From Alphaproteobacteria bacterium (GTDB taxonomy: Bacteria > Pseudomonadota > Alphaproteobacteria > UBA2966), in NCBI GenBank assembly GCA_964291395.2, contig OZ219856.1, positions 1,632,001 through 1,696,000 of the forward strand: a stretch of DNA of 64,000 bases. The letters are read 5' to 3'. The position numbers were made by a program, and so were the translations under genes. The notes below the pieces were generated by a model that made no database searches, had not been told where the DNA came from, and was given only the letters and a program-made list of their open reading frames with translations. How positions within the stretch are numbered: the first letter of the stretch is position 1; every line of letters starts with the position of its first letter. Shown here piece by piece: positions 19,843 through 30,254 of the stretch.

Positions 19843-20076
19843 GCTGCCGCGTCGTGCCGCCCGCCGCCCAGGTAATGCGCGCTCATCATCTTCGTTCGCG
19901 CCGTCTCCGTGCAAGCGAAACCGTAACGCACGCTCCACGCTTTGCCCAGAAGACCGGACGGGTGTCGACGAAACCGCCCTCCTCCGCGTCTTCCCGGCTG
20001 CGCTTGCAGCACCCCGGCGCCGTTGGCATGCTGCGCGGACCTTGGTTCAGAGCTTGTACCGACCGGAATCCCTCTC

Positions 20077-21450
20077 ATGCCCACCCATCGGAACGTCCTA
20101 GAATTGATCGGCAATACCCCGATCGTCGAGTTGCAGAATTTTGACACCGGTCCGTGCCGGCTGTTCGCCAAGATGGAGTCCCATAATCCGGGCGGTTCGA
20201 TCAAGGACCGGATCGGGTTATCCATGATCGACGAGGCCGAGAAATCCGGCCGTATCAAGCCCGGCGATACGTTGATCGAGGCGACGGCAGGCAACACCGG
20301 TCTGGGACTCGCCCTGGTGGCGGCCCTCAAAGGGTACCAGCTGATCCTGATCCTCCCCGACAAGATGAGCCAGGAGAAGATCTTCCATCTCCGCGCCATG
20401 GGAGCGCGGGTCATCACCACGCGCTCCGACGTCGGCCGCGGCCACCCCGACTACTACCAGGACGTCGCGGAGCGCCTGGAGAAGGAGATTCCCGGGTCGC
20501 TGTGGATCAACCAGTTCGAGAACACCGCCAACCCCAAGGCGCACCGCGAGGGCACGGGTCCCGAGATCTGGGACCAGATGGATCACGACGTCGACGCCGT
20601 GGTCTGCGGCGTGGGTTCGGGGGGCACGCTGACCGGGGTCGGGCGGTTCCTGCGGAGCGTCAATCCGGGTATCGACATGGTCCTCGCCGATCCCGAGGGG
20701 TCGATTCTGGCGGATGTCGTGCGGACCGGTGAGATTCAGAGCGACCCGGGCTCCTGGCTGGTCGAAGGCATGGGTGAGGATTTCGTGCCCGGGAACGCCG
20801 AGCTCGACGTCGCCGCGGAAGCCATCGTCGTGTCCGACAACGACAGCCTCAACACGGCGCGTGAACTCCTGCTGAAGGAGGGGATCTTCGCGGGCTCCTC
20901 GTCGGGTTGCCTGGTCAAGGCTGCCCTCGATTACTGCCGCAGGCAGACCGAGCCCAAGCGCGTCGTGACGTTCATCTGCGACTCCGGGAACAAGTACCTC
21001 TCGAAGATGTTCAACGACTACTGGATGCTCGACCAGGGGTTCCTGGAGCGCGAGACCTTTGGAGACCTTCGCGACCTCATCACCCGCCGGGCCGAAGAAG
21101 GCGGCGTGATCTCGGTGACGCCCGAAGACACGCTGCTGAATGCCTACGGCCGCATGCGCATGTATGACGTGTCGCAGCTGCCCGTCCTCGACGGAGACCG
21201 GATCGTCGGGATCATCGACGAATCGGACTTGCTGGTCGCTGTCCACAACCATGAGGACCGGTTCACGGAACCCTGCTCCAAGCACATGACCGACCGGTTG
21301 GAGCTGGTGACGCCCGACACGCCGGTCGACGAATTGATGCATATATTCCGGGCCGGCCACGTCGTTCTGGTGGTCGGCGACGGCCAGTTCCATGGCCTAA
21401 TCACGATCTCGGACTATCTCAACTACCACCGCCGCAAATCGCTGAAGTGA
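20077..21450 (+). CDS. cbs: Cystathionine beta-synthase with C-terminal CBS domains
   Basis: IGNTP, NPGGSIKDR, EATAGNTG, GVGSGGT, DSGNKYLSK, CBS pair. Confidence 0.9.
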   Translation: MPTHRNVLELIGNTPIVELQNFDTGPCRLFAKMESHNPGGSIKDRIGLSMIDEAEKSGRIKPGDTLIEATAGNTGLGLALVAALKGYQLILILPDKMSQEKIFHLRAMGARVITTRSDVGRGHPDYYQDVAERLEKEIPGSLWINQFENTANPKAHREGTGPEIWDQMDHDVDAVVCGVGSGGTLTGVGRFLRSVNPGIDMVLADPEGSILADVVRTGEIQSDPGSWLVEGMGEDFVPGNAELDVAAEAIVVSDNDSLNTARELLLKEGIFAGSSSGCLVKAALDYCRRQTEPKRVVTFICDSGNKYLSKMFNDYWMLDQGFLERETFGDLRDLITRRAEEGGVISVTPEDTLLNAYGRMRMYDVSQLPVLDGDRIVGIIDESDLLVAVHNHEDRFTEPCSKHMTDRLELVTPDTPVDELMHIFRAGHVVLVVGDGQFHGLITISDYLNYHRRKSLK

Positions 21451-21485
21451 GGCGAAGGTCGGACCAGCTTCCAGGAGGACATCCG

Positions 21486-22634
21486 TTGAAACGCGACACC
21501 ACGATCGTCCACGCCGGCATCGTGCCCGATCCCACGACCGGGTCGATCATCCCGCCGATCTACGAGACCGCGACTTACGTCCTCGACGAGGTAGGCCGGG
21601 ACAAGGGCTTCGATTACACGCGGTCGTCGAACCCGACGCGCCAGGTCCTTGAAGACAATCTCGCGGCGATCGAAGGCGGCGCCCACGGCATCAGCTTCGC
21701 AAGCGGCATGTCGGCGGTGGATAGCTGTCTGAAGACGCTCGATTCGGGCGATCACGTGGTCTGCACGGACGACGTCTACGGCGGCGTGACGCGCCTGTTC
21801 AATCAGGTGTTGTCCCGCCACGGCATCGGGGTCACGTACGTCGATTCGTCGCAGCCGGAGACGGTGCGCCAGGCGGTACGGCCCGAGACCAGGATGCTGT
21901 GGATCGAGACGCCGACGAACCCCTTGCTGAAGGTCACCGACCTCGCGGCCATGGCGGAGATCGCCAGGGAGCACGACCTGGTCTACGCCGTCGATTCGAC
22001 ATTCGCGACACCGATCTTCCTGCGGCCGTTGGAGTACGGCGCCGATATCGTCATGCATTCGACGACGAAATACCTGAGCGGGCATAACCAGATCATCGGC
22101 GGGATCGTCGTCACCAACCGCGAAGACATCCGTGACCAGCTCAAGTTCCTGCAGAAGAGCGTCGGCGCCGTGTCGAGTCCCTTCGACTGCTGGCTGACGC
22201 TGCTCGGCGCCAAAACCCTGCACCTGCGCATGGAGCGCCACGCGGCGAATGCCCAGAGGGTGGCAGAATTCCTGGAGGCGCACGACAAGGTGGCACGGGT
22301 CGCCTACCCTGGACTCTCGTCCCATCCCCAGCATGGCATCGCCAAGGCCCAGATGTCCGGATTCTCCGGCATGATCTCCTTCGAGCTGACGGGGGGCATT
22401 GCCGCCGGCAAGACCCTGATGAACTCGGTGGAGCTCTGCGGCCTTGCGGAAAGCTTGGGTGCCGTGGAGACCATGATCACCCATCCGGCGACCATGACGC
22501 ACGTCGACGTGCCGGTGGAGGAACGCCACGCCCGTGGCCTGACCGACGGGCTCGTCCGCATTTCCGTAGGCATCGAGGATGCGGACGACATCATCGCCGA
22601 CCTGTCCCAGGCTCTCGACAAGGCGGAGGCGTAG
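21486..22634 (+). CDS. Cystathionine gamma-lyase/gamma-synthase (Cys/Met PLP family)
   Basis: YTRSSNPT, FASGM, ETPTNP, HSTTKYLSGH, AESLG. TTG start after GGAGG. Confidence 0.92.
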   Translation: MKRDTTIVHAGIVPDPTTGSIIPPIYETATYVLDEVGRDKGFDYTRSSNPTRQVLEDNLAAIEGGAHGISFASGMSAVDSCLKTLDSGDHVVCTDDVYGGVTRLFNQVLSRHGIGVTYVDSSQPETVRQAVRPETRMLWIETPTNPLLKVTDLAAMAEIAREHDLVYAVDSTFATPIFLRPLEYGADIVMHSTTKYLSGHNQIIGGIVVTNREDIRDQLKFLQKSVGAVSSPFDCWLTLLGAKTLHLRMERHAANAQRVAEFLEAHDKVARVAYPGLSSHPQHGIAKAQMSGFSGMISFELTGGIAAGKTLMNSVELCGLAESLGAVETMITHPATMTHVDVPVEERHARGLTDGLVRISVGIEDADDIIADLSQALDKAEA

Positions 22635-22661
22635 CGGCCTCCGCCTGCGGCTTTCCAAGAC

Positions 22662-23338
22662 CTAAGTGCAGCTCTGCTCCAGCAATCCACCCAACCGGTA
22701 GATCGAGATCGTCCCCCTCAGCGATTCAGTCGCCGCAAACGCCTCCCAACCCCTGCGCTCCAGGATCGGCGCGCTGGCGTCCGCCGAGCAGAAGATCTCG
22801 TCGAACCCCAGCCGCCGGGCCTCGTCCTCGATCGCCGCGACGAGCACGGTTCCAACGCCCTTGCCCCGGAACGCTTCACCCACCAGCAGGGCGGTGAGCC
22901 ATGGGCCGTCCGCCCGTTCGCTCCCCACGGACTCGTCCTTCAGCGCGGCGGTGCCGAGAACCTCGCCCTGCCCATCCACGGCGACCAGACAAACGGGCAA
23001 ATCATCGCGGCCGCGGCAGGCCGCGAGATCGGCCGCCGCGTCACCCTCCCCGTCGGGTCCGTACCACGGTTCCCATTCCGCGACGAACCAGTCCACGATG
23101 GGCCGTCCGCCCGTTCGCTCCCCACGGACTCGTCCTTCAGCGCGGCGGTGCCGAGGTCGCCCTGCCCATCCACGGCGACCAGACAAACGGGCAAATCATC
23201 GCGGCCGCGGCAGGCCGCGAGATCGGCCGCCGCGTCACCCTCCCCGTCGGGTCCGTACCACGGTTCCCATTCCGCGACGAACCAGTCCACTACGGCGGCC
23301 GGGACGGCGGCCAGATGGACGATACGGAGGTCCCTCAC
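22662..23338 (-). pseudogene. GNAT acetyltransferase interrupted by a 197-bp-period tandem duplication
   Basis: GTG start overlaps the SDR stop. WFVAEWEPWY...GPWLTALLV...FRGKGVG. Internal segment is present twice and shifts the frame. Confidence 0.75.
22901..23290. repeat. Tandem duplication (22901-23096 and 23098-23290)
   Basis: Copies identical except CGAGAACCTCG versus CGAGGTCG. Confidence 0.95.
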
Positions 23339-24114
23339 CACGCCAGGAAGCCGCCGTCCACGGGCAGCGTGTGACCGGTGATCATCCCGCTCTCGTGTGA
23401 CGCCATGAACAGCACCGCGTGCGCGATATCGGCGGGCTCCGCCTCCTTGCCCATGGGCGTGTACCATTTGATCGTTTCGTAGAAGTCCGCGTTGGCGAAC
23501 AACGCGGTCGTGAGGTCCGTCCGCACGAAGGTCGGCCCCACGCCGTTCACGCGGATGCCGTGGGGCGCCCACTCGACGGCGAGCGCCCGGGTCAGGTTGA
23601 CGACCGCGCCCTTCGAGGTGTTGTAGGAAACATTCGGATAGATCCCCCCCGAAAAACCCATGATCGAAGCGATATTGACGATACGTCCCTTGGTCTTCCG
23701 GGCAATCATGTGACGCGCCGCCGCGCGGGCGCAGAGGAAGACACCCGTCGCGTTGATCCCCATCACCCGTTCCCAGGACTCGCGCGGCATCTCCGTCGCG
23801 GGCATCCGTTCGGCAATACCCGCGTTGTTGACGAGGATGTCGAGCCGACCATGACCCGTCGCCAGCGTCTCCATGACCGCGTCCACCGCCGATTCATCCA
23901 TGACGTCGAGCCGATGCGCCTCGGCGCTGCCGCCGTCGCCCTCGATCTCGGAGGCCACCGTTGCCGCGCCCGCCGCGTCGATGTCGAGGATTGCGACATG
24001 CGCGCCTTGCCCCGCGAGAACGCCGGCCATGGCCCGGCCGAGCCCCGTGGCACCACCGGTCACGACCGCGATCTCGCCGTCGAGACGGAAAGCCTTGCCG
24101 TTCCTGTCGGTCAT
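23335..24114 (-). CDS. SDR family oxidoreductase (KduD/gluconate 5-dehydrogenase-like)
   Basis: TGGATGLG, NNAG, YNTSK, VDGG. Confidence 0.92.
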   Translation of the reverse strand: MTDRNGKAFRLDGEIAVVTGGATGLGRAMAGVLAGQGAHVAILDIDAAGAATVASEIEGDGGSAEAHRLDVMDESAVDAVMETLATGHGRLDILVNNAGIAERMPATEMPRESWERVMGINATGVFLCARAAARHMIARKTKGRIVNIASIMGFSGGIYPNVSYNTSKGAVVNLTRALAVEWAPHGIRVNGVGPTFVRTDLTTALFANADFYETIKWYTPMGKEAEPADIAHAVLFMASHESGMITGHTLPVDGGFLAW

Positions 24115-24124
24115 CGCCCCCTCC

Positions 24125-24895
24125 TCAACGCGCCGTGTAGCCGCCGTCGACCGGCAGGGTGTGGCCGGTGACCATTCCCGCCTCGCGGCTCGCCAGAAAG
24201 AGGGCTGCGTTGGCGATATCGACCGGCTCCGCCCTGCCGCCGAGGGGCGCCATGCGATCAAGGTCTTCGAGCCATTCCTGCGGAATCGGTGCCGTCAGCT
24301 CGGTCTTGACGTAGATCGGCGCGATGGCGTTCACGCGCACGCCGTCCCCGGCCCATTCCGCCGCGAGCCCCCGCGTCATGCTCACCACGCCGCCCTTCGC
24401 CGTCGTGTACGAGATGTTGGGAAAACGGGCGCCGATCAGGCCCATGATCGAGGCGATGTTGACGATGCGCCCACCCCCGCCCGCAATCATGTGACGCCCG
24501 GCGATCCGCGCGCAGAGAAAAACGGCCGTCAGGTTGACCTCGATCACCTTGTCCCAACCCTCGCGCGGGACCGAGACGGCGGGCTTCCGCAACCCGATGC
24601 CGGCGTTGTTCACCAGGACGTCGAGACGGCCGTGAGCCTCGACGATTCCGGCAAAGGCCGTCTCGATCATCGCTTCGTCCGTGACGTCGAGCGTCCGCGC
24701 CTCGGCAACGCCGCCGGCATCGCGGATTTCCCGGGCCGTCTGCTCGGCCAGGTCCCCCAAGATATCGACGATCACGACCGTCGCGCCCTGCACGGCAAAG
24801 ACCTCGCTGATCGCTCGTCCGAGTCCCCGGGCGCCGCCCGTGACCACGGCCACGTCTCCATCGAGCCGGAACGGTTCCTTTGTCATGTCCACCAT
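24125..24895 (-). CDS. SDR family oxidoreductase, paralog of the adjacent SDR
   Basis: TGGARGLG, NNAG, YTTAK, TGHTLPVDGG. Confidence 0.92.
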   Translation of the reverse strand: MVDMTKEPFRLDGDVAVVTGGARGLGRAISEVFAVQGATVVIVDILGDLAEQTAREIRDAGGVAEARTLDVTDEAMIETAFAGIVEAHGRLDVLVNNAGIGLRKPAVSVPREGWDKVIEVNLTAVFLCARIAGRHMIAGGGGRIVNIASIMGLIGARFPNISYTTAKGGVVSMTRGLAAEWAGDGVRVNAIAPIYVKTELTAPIPQEWLEDLDRMAPLGGRAEPVDIANAALFLASREAGMVTGHTLPVDGGYTAR

Positions 24896-25056
24896 TGCTC
24901 CAGATACGCCGACCGAACCGCTGTCCATCATACCCGCGATACCCGCATCCCCGCCAACGGCACGATCCACATGACCGTCACCGACTGACGTCCGGCCGAA
25001 GCCGCGCTATCATGAGATGCGGATTGACGAACGGGCTCTGCCCGAGGCTCGGCGGC

Positions 25057-25248
25057 ATGCTGGAAGTGATCATCGAGCGCTGGACCAACCCGGACGGGTC
25101 GACGGACTATATGTGGTCGGTATGGCAGAGCGGGAATCGAATCCAGATGAGCGGCACCTATCCCACCTCCGATGCCGCCGAGGCGGACGCCTTCGAGTTC
25201 TGCACCGAGACGCTGAACGGCACGCCGGACCGGGTCAGCCGGTTGTAA
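25057..25248 (+). CDS. Small hypothetical protein (63 aa)
   Basis: MLEVIIERWTNPDGSTDYMWSVW. Genome-like codon usage; fills an intergenic gap. Confidence 0.6.
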   Translation: MLEVIIERWTNPDGSTDYMWSVWQSGNRIQMSGTYPTSDAAEADAFEFCTETLNGTPDRVSRL

Positions 25249-25283
25249 CACGCGTCACAGGCCGCTTCTCGAGCACTCCGTGA

Positions 25284-26132
25284 TCACCTCAACGTAGCCG
25301 TCGGGGCCGCCGCTTCCTTGTCATAGAAGTTCGACTTCCGGATTGCGACGGCGCGCTCGAACGCCGCCACGGCATCCGCGCCGAGGTCGGCCTTCGGCCG
25401 CGGCTCGAGCTCGTAGTAGCCGTAACGGTCCTCGCCACGCGCCAACATCGCCGTCTCGTGCCGTCCCGTCGGGTCGACGTGCGGGGCGATGTAGCGGACG
25501 GCATATCCGATGCGCGTGTAGTCGGCGTTATTGGGACTCGAGCCGTGCACCATCGCCAGGTGATGAAGCGACATTTCCCCCGGCCGCAGAACCAAGTCGA
25601 CGGCCTCGGAGTCATCCAGGTCTTCGACCAGCCGTTCCTGCCGCGCCAGGATATTCTTCCCGTCGTCCGTTTCCTCGTGCAGCAGTCGCCCGATCTTGTG
25701 GGACTCCGGCAGGACCCGCATGCAGCCGCTCTCCACCGTGCTCGGACTGAGGGCGATCCAGACGCTGACCTGATCCCGGCCCTTGAGATTCGTGTAGTTG
25801 GTATCCTGATGCCACGCGGCGTAGGAACCGTCGCCCGCGTCCTTCACGAACAGCGCGCTGCTCCATACCAGAATATCCGGACCGATGATGTCTTCGACGA
25901 CGTCCAGCACGAGAGGATCGTGCACCATCTCGTCGAGCCAGGTGTAGGCGAGGTGCAGCTTGAACGAGATGCGCACATCGACGCTTATCGACCGTCCGCC
26001 GCCCGAGACACGCAGGTCCTGGGCCAGCCGGCGGTAACGCTCCGCCCGTTCCGGCGAGAGCACCCGGATGGGGTAGTGATATCCTTGGTCGTCGTAGCGC
26101 GCGATGTCACCGGCGGACAGTATGCGTCCCAC
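25284..26132 (-). CDS. Phytanoyl-CoA dioxygenase (PhyH) family
   Basis: WHQD, SVWIAL, GCMRVLPESH, HGSSPN, R. Confidence 0.92.
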   Translation of the reverse strand: MGRILSAGDIARYDDQGYHYPIRVLSPERAERYRRLAQDLRVSGGGRSISVDVRISFKLHLAYTWLDEMVHDPLVLDVVEDIIGPDILVWSSALFVKDAGDGSYAAWHQDTNYTNLKGRDQVSVWIALSPSTVESGCMRVLPESHKIGRLLHEETDDGKNILARQERLVEDLDDSEAVDLVLRPGEMSLHHLAMVHGSSPNNADYTRIGYAVRYIAPHVDPTGRHETAMLARGEDRYGYYELEPRPKADLGADAVAAFERAVAIRKSNFYDKEAAAPTATLR

Positions 26133-26169
26133 GGGTCTCCCTTCCCTCTCTTTCCTGAGCTCCGCGAAC

Positions 26170-28224
26170 TTATTCGGCGGCTTGTGCCGGAGCCTGGTAG
26201 GCGGCCACCTCGACGCGGGTGTCGTTGAAGCACGCCCCCTCGCAGAGGTCAGCGTGCGTGGCGGGCGCCAGGGCGCTGACCGTCTGCATGTTGTCCGAGG
26301 TCCGGAACCAGGCCCCCTTTTCCGAATAGCACACGCCGGGCCGCACCGCGTCCGTGACGATGAGCGGCAGGTGCACCTCACCCCGCTCGTTCCATGCCCG
26401 AACCCACTGCCCGTCGCGAAGACCGCGCGCGGCCGCGTCGTCGGGATGCATTTCCAGCGGCGGCGTTTCGTCGCTCCACTTGAGCCCGCCGAAGGTGGAG
26501 GTTATCCGCTTGTCCGATGACGGCGTGACCAGCGCCAGCGGGTGGGCCGCCTTCAGCGGGCGATAGGATGCCACGGGTTCGTCGTACGCCTCGGTCAGAT
26601 AGACGGACTCCAGCTCGACCTTGCCTGACGGCGTTCCGGGAAAGACGTTCCGGAAGGGGATTGCCTCTTCCCCGCCGAATTCCATCGGCAGCGCGGTGGC
26701 CAGGGGAAGCTCGCTCGCCTTGATCCCTTTCATGCGTGGATCCGAGCCGTCGACCGCATCGTCCATCAGCTCCTTGTCGCTCGCCTGGAAGATCGGATCG
26801 TTGAAACCGAACCGCATGGCAAGCCTGCGGAATATCTCCGTGTTGGGGAGCGATTCGCCCACCGGTGGGATCACCGGGTCGCCGCGCTGCAGATGGTGGT
26901 GTCCATAGGCGGGATACAGGTCCGCGTACTCGAAGTGCGTACAGGCGGGCAGGATGACATCCGCGTACATCAGGCTGTCGGTCATGGCGATATCGCACCC
27001 GACGATGAACACGTCCTCGCGTTCGAACCCGCGCCGGATCAGGTTCTGGTCCGGGTGCACGATCACCGGATTGTGGTTGTAGACGAACAGAGCCTTGAGC
27101 GGCGGGTCGATGTCCTCTTCCGTGAGATGCCGCCCGACGTCGAGGATGTTGAGCGTGCGAGTCCCCTCCGGGACCAGATCCGGACGTCCCAGCCTGGCCG
27201 CCGTCTTGGGGAACGCATTGCCCGCGCCGGCGACGAGGCCCGTCCCCGGCTGCCCGAACTTGCCGGCCAGCGCCGGCAGCGCGAGGACGGCGCGAACTCC
27301 GCTGCCGCCGTTCCTGTTGCGCTCGAGGCCGTTGCCGATGGAGATGATGGCCTTTTCGGTCTCCCTGTAGAGGGCCGCGAACCTCCGGATATCTTCAACC
27401 GCGAGGCCGCAGACATCCGCGGCCTTCTCTGCCGGATATTCCCGCGCCCGTTTCATGAAGGACTCGAACCCCTTCACGTGCTCGGAGATGAAGCCGTGAT
27501 CGAGTCCGCCGGTTCGCTCCAGTTCGCAGGCGATGGCGAAGGCGAGCACGACATCGGTTCCGGGCCTCGGGGCGAGATGCAGGTCAGCCTGCTCGGCAAC
27601 CTTGACCCGCTTGGGGTCGATCACGACGACCTTCGCGCCGCGGGCTTTCCTGGCCTTGTTGATCTGCGGCATCAAGTGGAGGTTGGAATAGGTGACGTTG
27701 TTTCCCCACACCACGATCAGTTCGGCGTTCGCGACCTGTTCCGGCCGCATGCCGGGGGCGTTGCCGTAGGTGCCCGCATAGGCTTCGGCCTTGATGCCTC
27801 CGCAGAGCGCGCGCCGGTTGATGAGACTGGCACCGAGCCTGTGAAAGAACCGCAGGTCCATCGATGCGTACATCAACATGCCGTGCGGTCCGGCATAGTT
27901 GAGCGGCATGACCGCTTCGCGCCCGTACCGGTCGATCACGTCCGTGATGCGGTCATGGATGATGTCGAAGGCCTCGTCCCAGGTGATGCGCTCGAACGCC
28001 CCCTCGCCCTTCGCGCCGACGCGCTTCTGCGGATGGCGCAGCCGATTTCCGCCGTGCACGAAATCCGGGAAGTAGTGGGTGACTTTGTTGCAAAGCACCC
28101 CTTCCGTGAACGGGTTCACGTCGGTGCCGCGCACCTTGACGACCCGATCGTCGTCGACGCTCACGGTGAGCGAGCAGGTGTCGGGGCAATCGAGCGGACA
28201 GACACTCGGCAGTTCGGTCGTCAT
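26170..28224 (-). CDS. Molybdopterin-dependent oxidoreductase (DMSO reductase superfamily, cytoplasmic)
   Basis: CPLDCPDTC...LC 4Fe-4S motif, VWGNN, PRPGTD, ADVILPA, MHPDDAAARGL. No TAT signal. Confidence 0.92.
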   Translation of the reverse strand: MTTELPSVCPLDCPDTCSLTVSVDDDRVVKVRGTDVNPFTEGVLCNKVTHYFPDFVHGGNRLRHPQKRVGAKGEGAFERITWDEAFDIIHDRITDVIDRYGREAVMPLNYAGPHGMLMYASMDLRFFHRLGASLINRRALCGGIKAEAYAGTYGNAPGMRPEQVANAELIVVWGNNVTYSNLHLMPQINKARKARGAKVVVIDPKRVKVAEQADLHLAPRPGTDVVLAFAIACELERTGGLDHGFISEHVKGFESFMKRAREYPAEKAADVCGLAVEDIRRFAALYRETEKAIISIGNGLERNRNGGSGVRAVLALPALAGKFGQPGTGLVAGAGNAFPKTAARLGRPDLVPEGTRTLNILDVGRHLTEEDIDPPLKALFVYNHNPVIVHPDQNLIRRGFEREDVFIVGCDIAMTDSLMYADVILPACTHFEYADLYPAYGHHHLQRGDPVIPPVGESLPNTEIFRRLAMRFGFNDPIFQASDKELMDDAVDGSDPRMKGIKASELPLATALPMEFGGEEAIPFRNVFPGTPSGKVELESVYLTEAYDEPVASYRPLKAAHPLALVTPSSDKRITSTFGGLKWSDETPPLEMHPDDAAARGLRDGQWVRAWNERGEVHLPLIVTDAVRPGVCYSEKGAWFRTSDNMQTVSALAPATHADLCEGACFNDTRVEVAAYQAPAQAAE

Positions 28225-28370
28225 GGCGATCCCATCCGTGATCTGACGCGGCGGTCCGCGTCGATTCGTTCGTCGACGCTCATACTAGTACAGGACGGCG
28301 CGCCGCACATGTCTTTCGCAATCCTGCCGTCGTCGATTGACCTCCGTCGGACCATGGGCGATACAACGTC

Positions 28371-29414
28371 ATGCCGCCCACTTACAGGCTCGCACTCATC
28401 GGCTTCGGCAGCGTCAACCGGGCCTTGGCCCGGATGATCGCGGACGACGGCGGCAGGATGGGGGAGCGGCTCGGCTTCCGTCTTTCGATCGTCGCGGTCT
28501 CCGATCTGCTCCTCGGCTCGGCTCACGACGCCGGCGGCCTCGATCTCGATGAACTGACCGCCCTTCCCGCCGAGAAAGGGGCGCTGGCGTCGGTTCGGGG
28601 CGGCAGGGCGGAGGCGGACAACGAAGCCCTGATCAAGAACTCCTCGGCCGACATCGTCTCGGAGGCCACGTTCACCGACGCACGGACCGGAGAACCCGCG
28701 GGAACCCATTGCCGGTGGGGGCTCGCCGCCGGCAAGCATGTCGTCACGACCAACAAGGGCCCTGCCGCGTTTCATGGCGAAGAGTTGCGCGCGCTCGCCG
28801 CCGAACACGGCGTTTTCTTCGGCATCGAAGGAACCGTGATGAGCGGCACGCCCGTTCTTCGCCTGGCGGACAACGAGCTCGCCGGCTGCCGGATCGACGG
28901 CTTCAAGGGCATCCTCAACGGCACCGCGAACTACGTCCTGGGCCGCATGGAAGACGGCATCGCGCTCGACGACGCCGTCGCCGAGGCTCAATCCCGCGGC
29001 TATGCCGAGGCCGACCCGGCCGCCGATATCGAGGGTTGGGACGTGCTCCTGAAGGTCGTGATCCTCGCCGGCTCCGTCCTCGGCGTGCGGCTTTCGCCCG
29101 ACCAGGTACGGCGCCGGGGGATTACCGGCCTCTCGGCGGAGGACGTGGCCGCGGCGCCGCGGGACGGGCACCGCTGGAAGCTGATCGGCGAGGCCAAACT
29201 CGGCGCGGGCGGCGCCGTGGACGCGGGCGTGTCTCCGCATCGCCTGCCGCATTCGCATCCCCTCGCCGCGATCGGCGGCGCGACGAACGCCGTCACCTTC
29301 GAAACCGACTATCTCGGACAGGTCACCGTCTCCGGGCCGGGCGCCGGCCGCGTGGAGACCGGCTTTGCCCTGCTGTCCGACATCGCGGCGATCCACCGGC
29401 GCGTCGCGGACTAG
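28371..29414 (+). CDS. hom: Homoserine dehydrogenase
   Basis: IGFGSV, HVVTTNKGP, EGTVMSGTP, GILNGTANY, GYAEADP..DIEG.D. Confidence 0.9.
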   Translation: MPPTYRLALIGFGSVNRALARMIADDGGRMGERLGFRLSIVAVSDLLLGSAHDAGGLDLDELTALPAEKGALASVRGGRAEADNEALIKNSSADIVSEATFTDARTGEPAGTHCRWGLAAGKHVVTTNKGPAAFHGEELRALAAEHGVFFGIEGTVMSGTPVLRLADNELAGCRIDGFKGILNGTANYVLGRMEDGIALDDAVAEAQSRGYAEADPAADIEGWDVLLKVVILAGSVLGVRLSPDQVRRRGITGLSAEDVAAAPRDGHRWKLIGEAKLGAGGAVDAGVSPHRLPHSHPLAAIGGATNAVTFETDYLGQVTVSGPGAGRVETGFALLSDIAAIHRRVAD

Positions 29415-29501
29415 CGTTTCGACACTTTCCTCAGGCCGAAGCCCGGGAAACGGATCCTGCAAACCATCCTCGATGTCATCGGAGTCGGCGCAATCGGCCT
29501 T

Positions 29502-30218
29502 GTGCCGTTCGTCCTGATCGTTTTCGTCGGCGCGGTCATCAAGGGATACAGCGGCTTCGGCGCATCCATGCTGTGGGTGACGGGCCTGTCGCTGCTGTTG
29601 CCGCCCCTGGAGGCCGTTCCCATGGCGTTGATCTTCGAGATCATCTCGAGCATTCATCTGTTGCCGGCCATCTGGCGGCGCATCGACTGGCGGTCGGTCT
29701 GGCTGCTTTTCATCGGTACGCTCGTCGCGACGCCGGCAGGCGTGTATGCCCTCGCGTCGCTGCCGGTCGACCCCGCGCGCGTCGTCGTCGCGGTTGTCGT
29801 GCTTCTTGCGACGGCCCTCCTCTGGCGCGGGTTCACCCTCCAGAACGTGCCCGGCAGCGTCGCGACGATCGCCATCGGCCTGTTTGCCGGACTGATGAAC
29901 GGCAGCGTCGGCTTCGTCGGACCCGCCGTCGTGCTGTTCTATTTCTCCTCGCCGATCGGCGTCGCGATCAGCCGCGCGTCCATCATCACGTTCTTTCTCG
30001 GCACGGGGGCCGCCGGAACCGGCGCGTTCGCCGTCCAGGGGTTCGTCACCGGTGACCTGTTGCTGCGAATCGTGGCATGCCTGCCGATCCTGTTCCTCGG
30101 GGTCTGGATCGGCCATCGGCGCTTCGAAAATGCCGAACCCGAATCCTTCCGCAAGTTCGGCCTGCTCCTGTTGATGTTTCTCGCCGTGGCCCTGGCCGCG
30201 CGCGCCATCTGGCTCTAA
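29502..30218 (+). CDS. Sulfite exporter TauE/SafE family
   Basis: KGYSGFG, G.MNG..GFVGP, hydrophobic. Start may lie slightly upstream. Confidence 0.85.
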   Translation: MPFVLIVFVGAVIKGYSGFGASMLWVTGLSLLLPPLEAVPMALIFEIISSIHLLPAIWRRIDWRSVWLLFIGTLVATPAGVYALASLPVDPARVVVAVVVLLATALLWRGFTLQNVPGSVATIAIGLFAGLMNGSVGFVGPAVVLFYFSSPIGVAISRASIITFFLGTGAAGTGAFAVQGFVTGDLLLRIVACLPILFLGVWIGHRRFENAEPESFRKFGLLLLMFLAVALAARAIWL

Positions 30219-30254
30219 GGTCTCGGCAACGACGCAACCCCGGGAGGTTCCGAG

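Noticed and set aside
19860-20076. SAM/SAH riboswitch upstream of cbs
   Set aside because: No recognisable SAM-II or SAM-SAH consensus.
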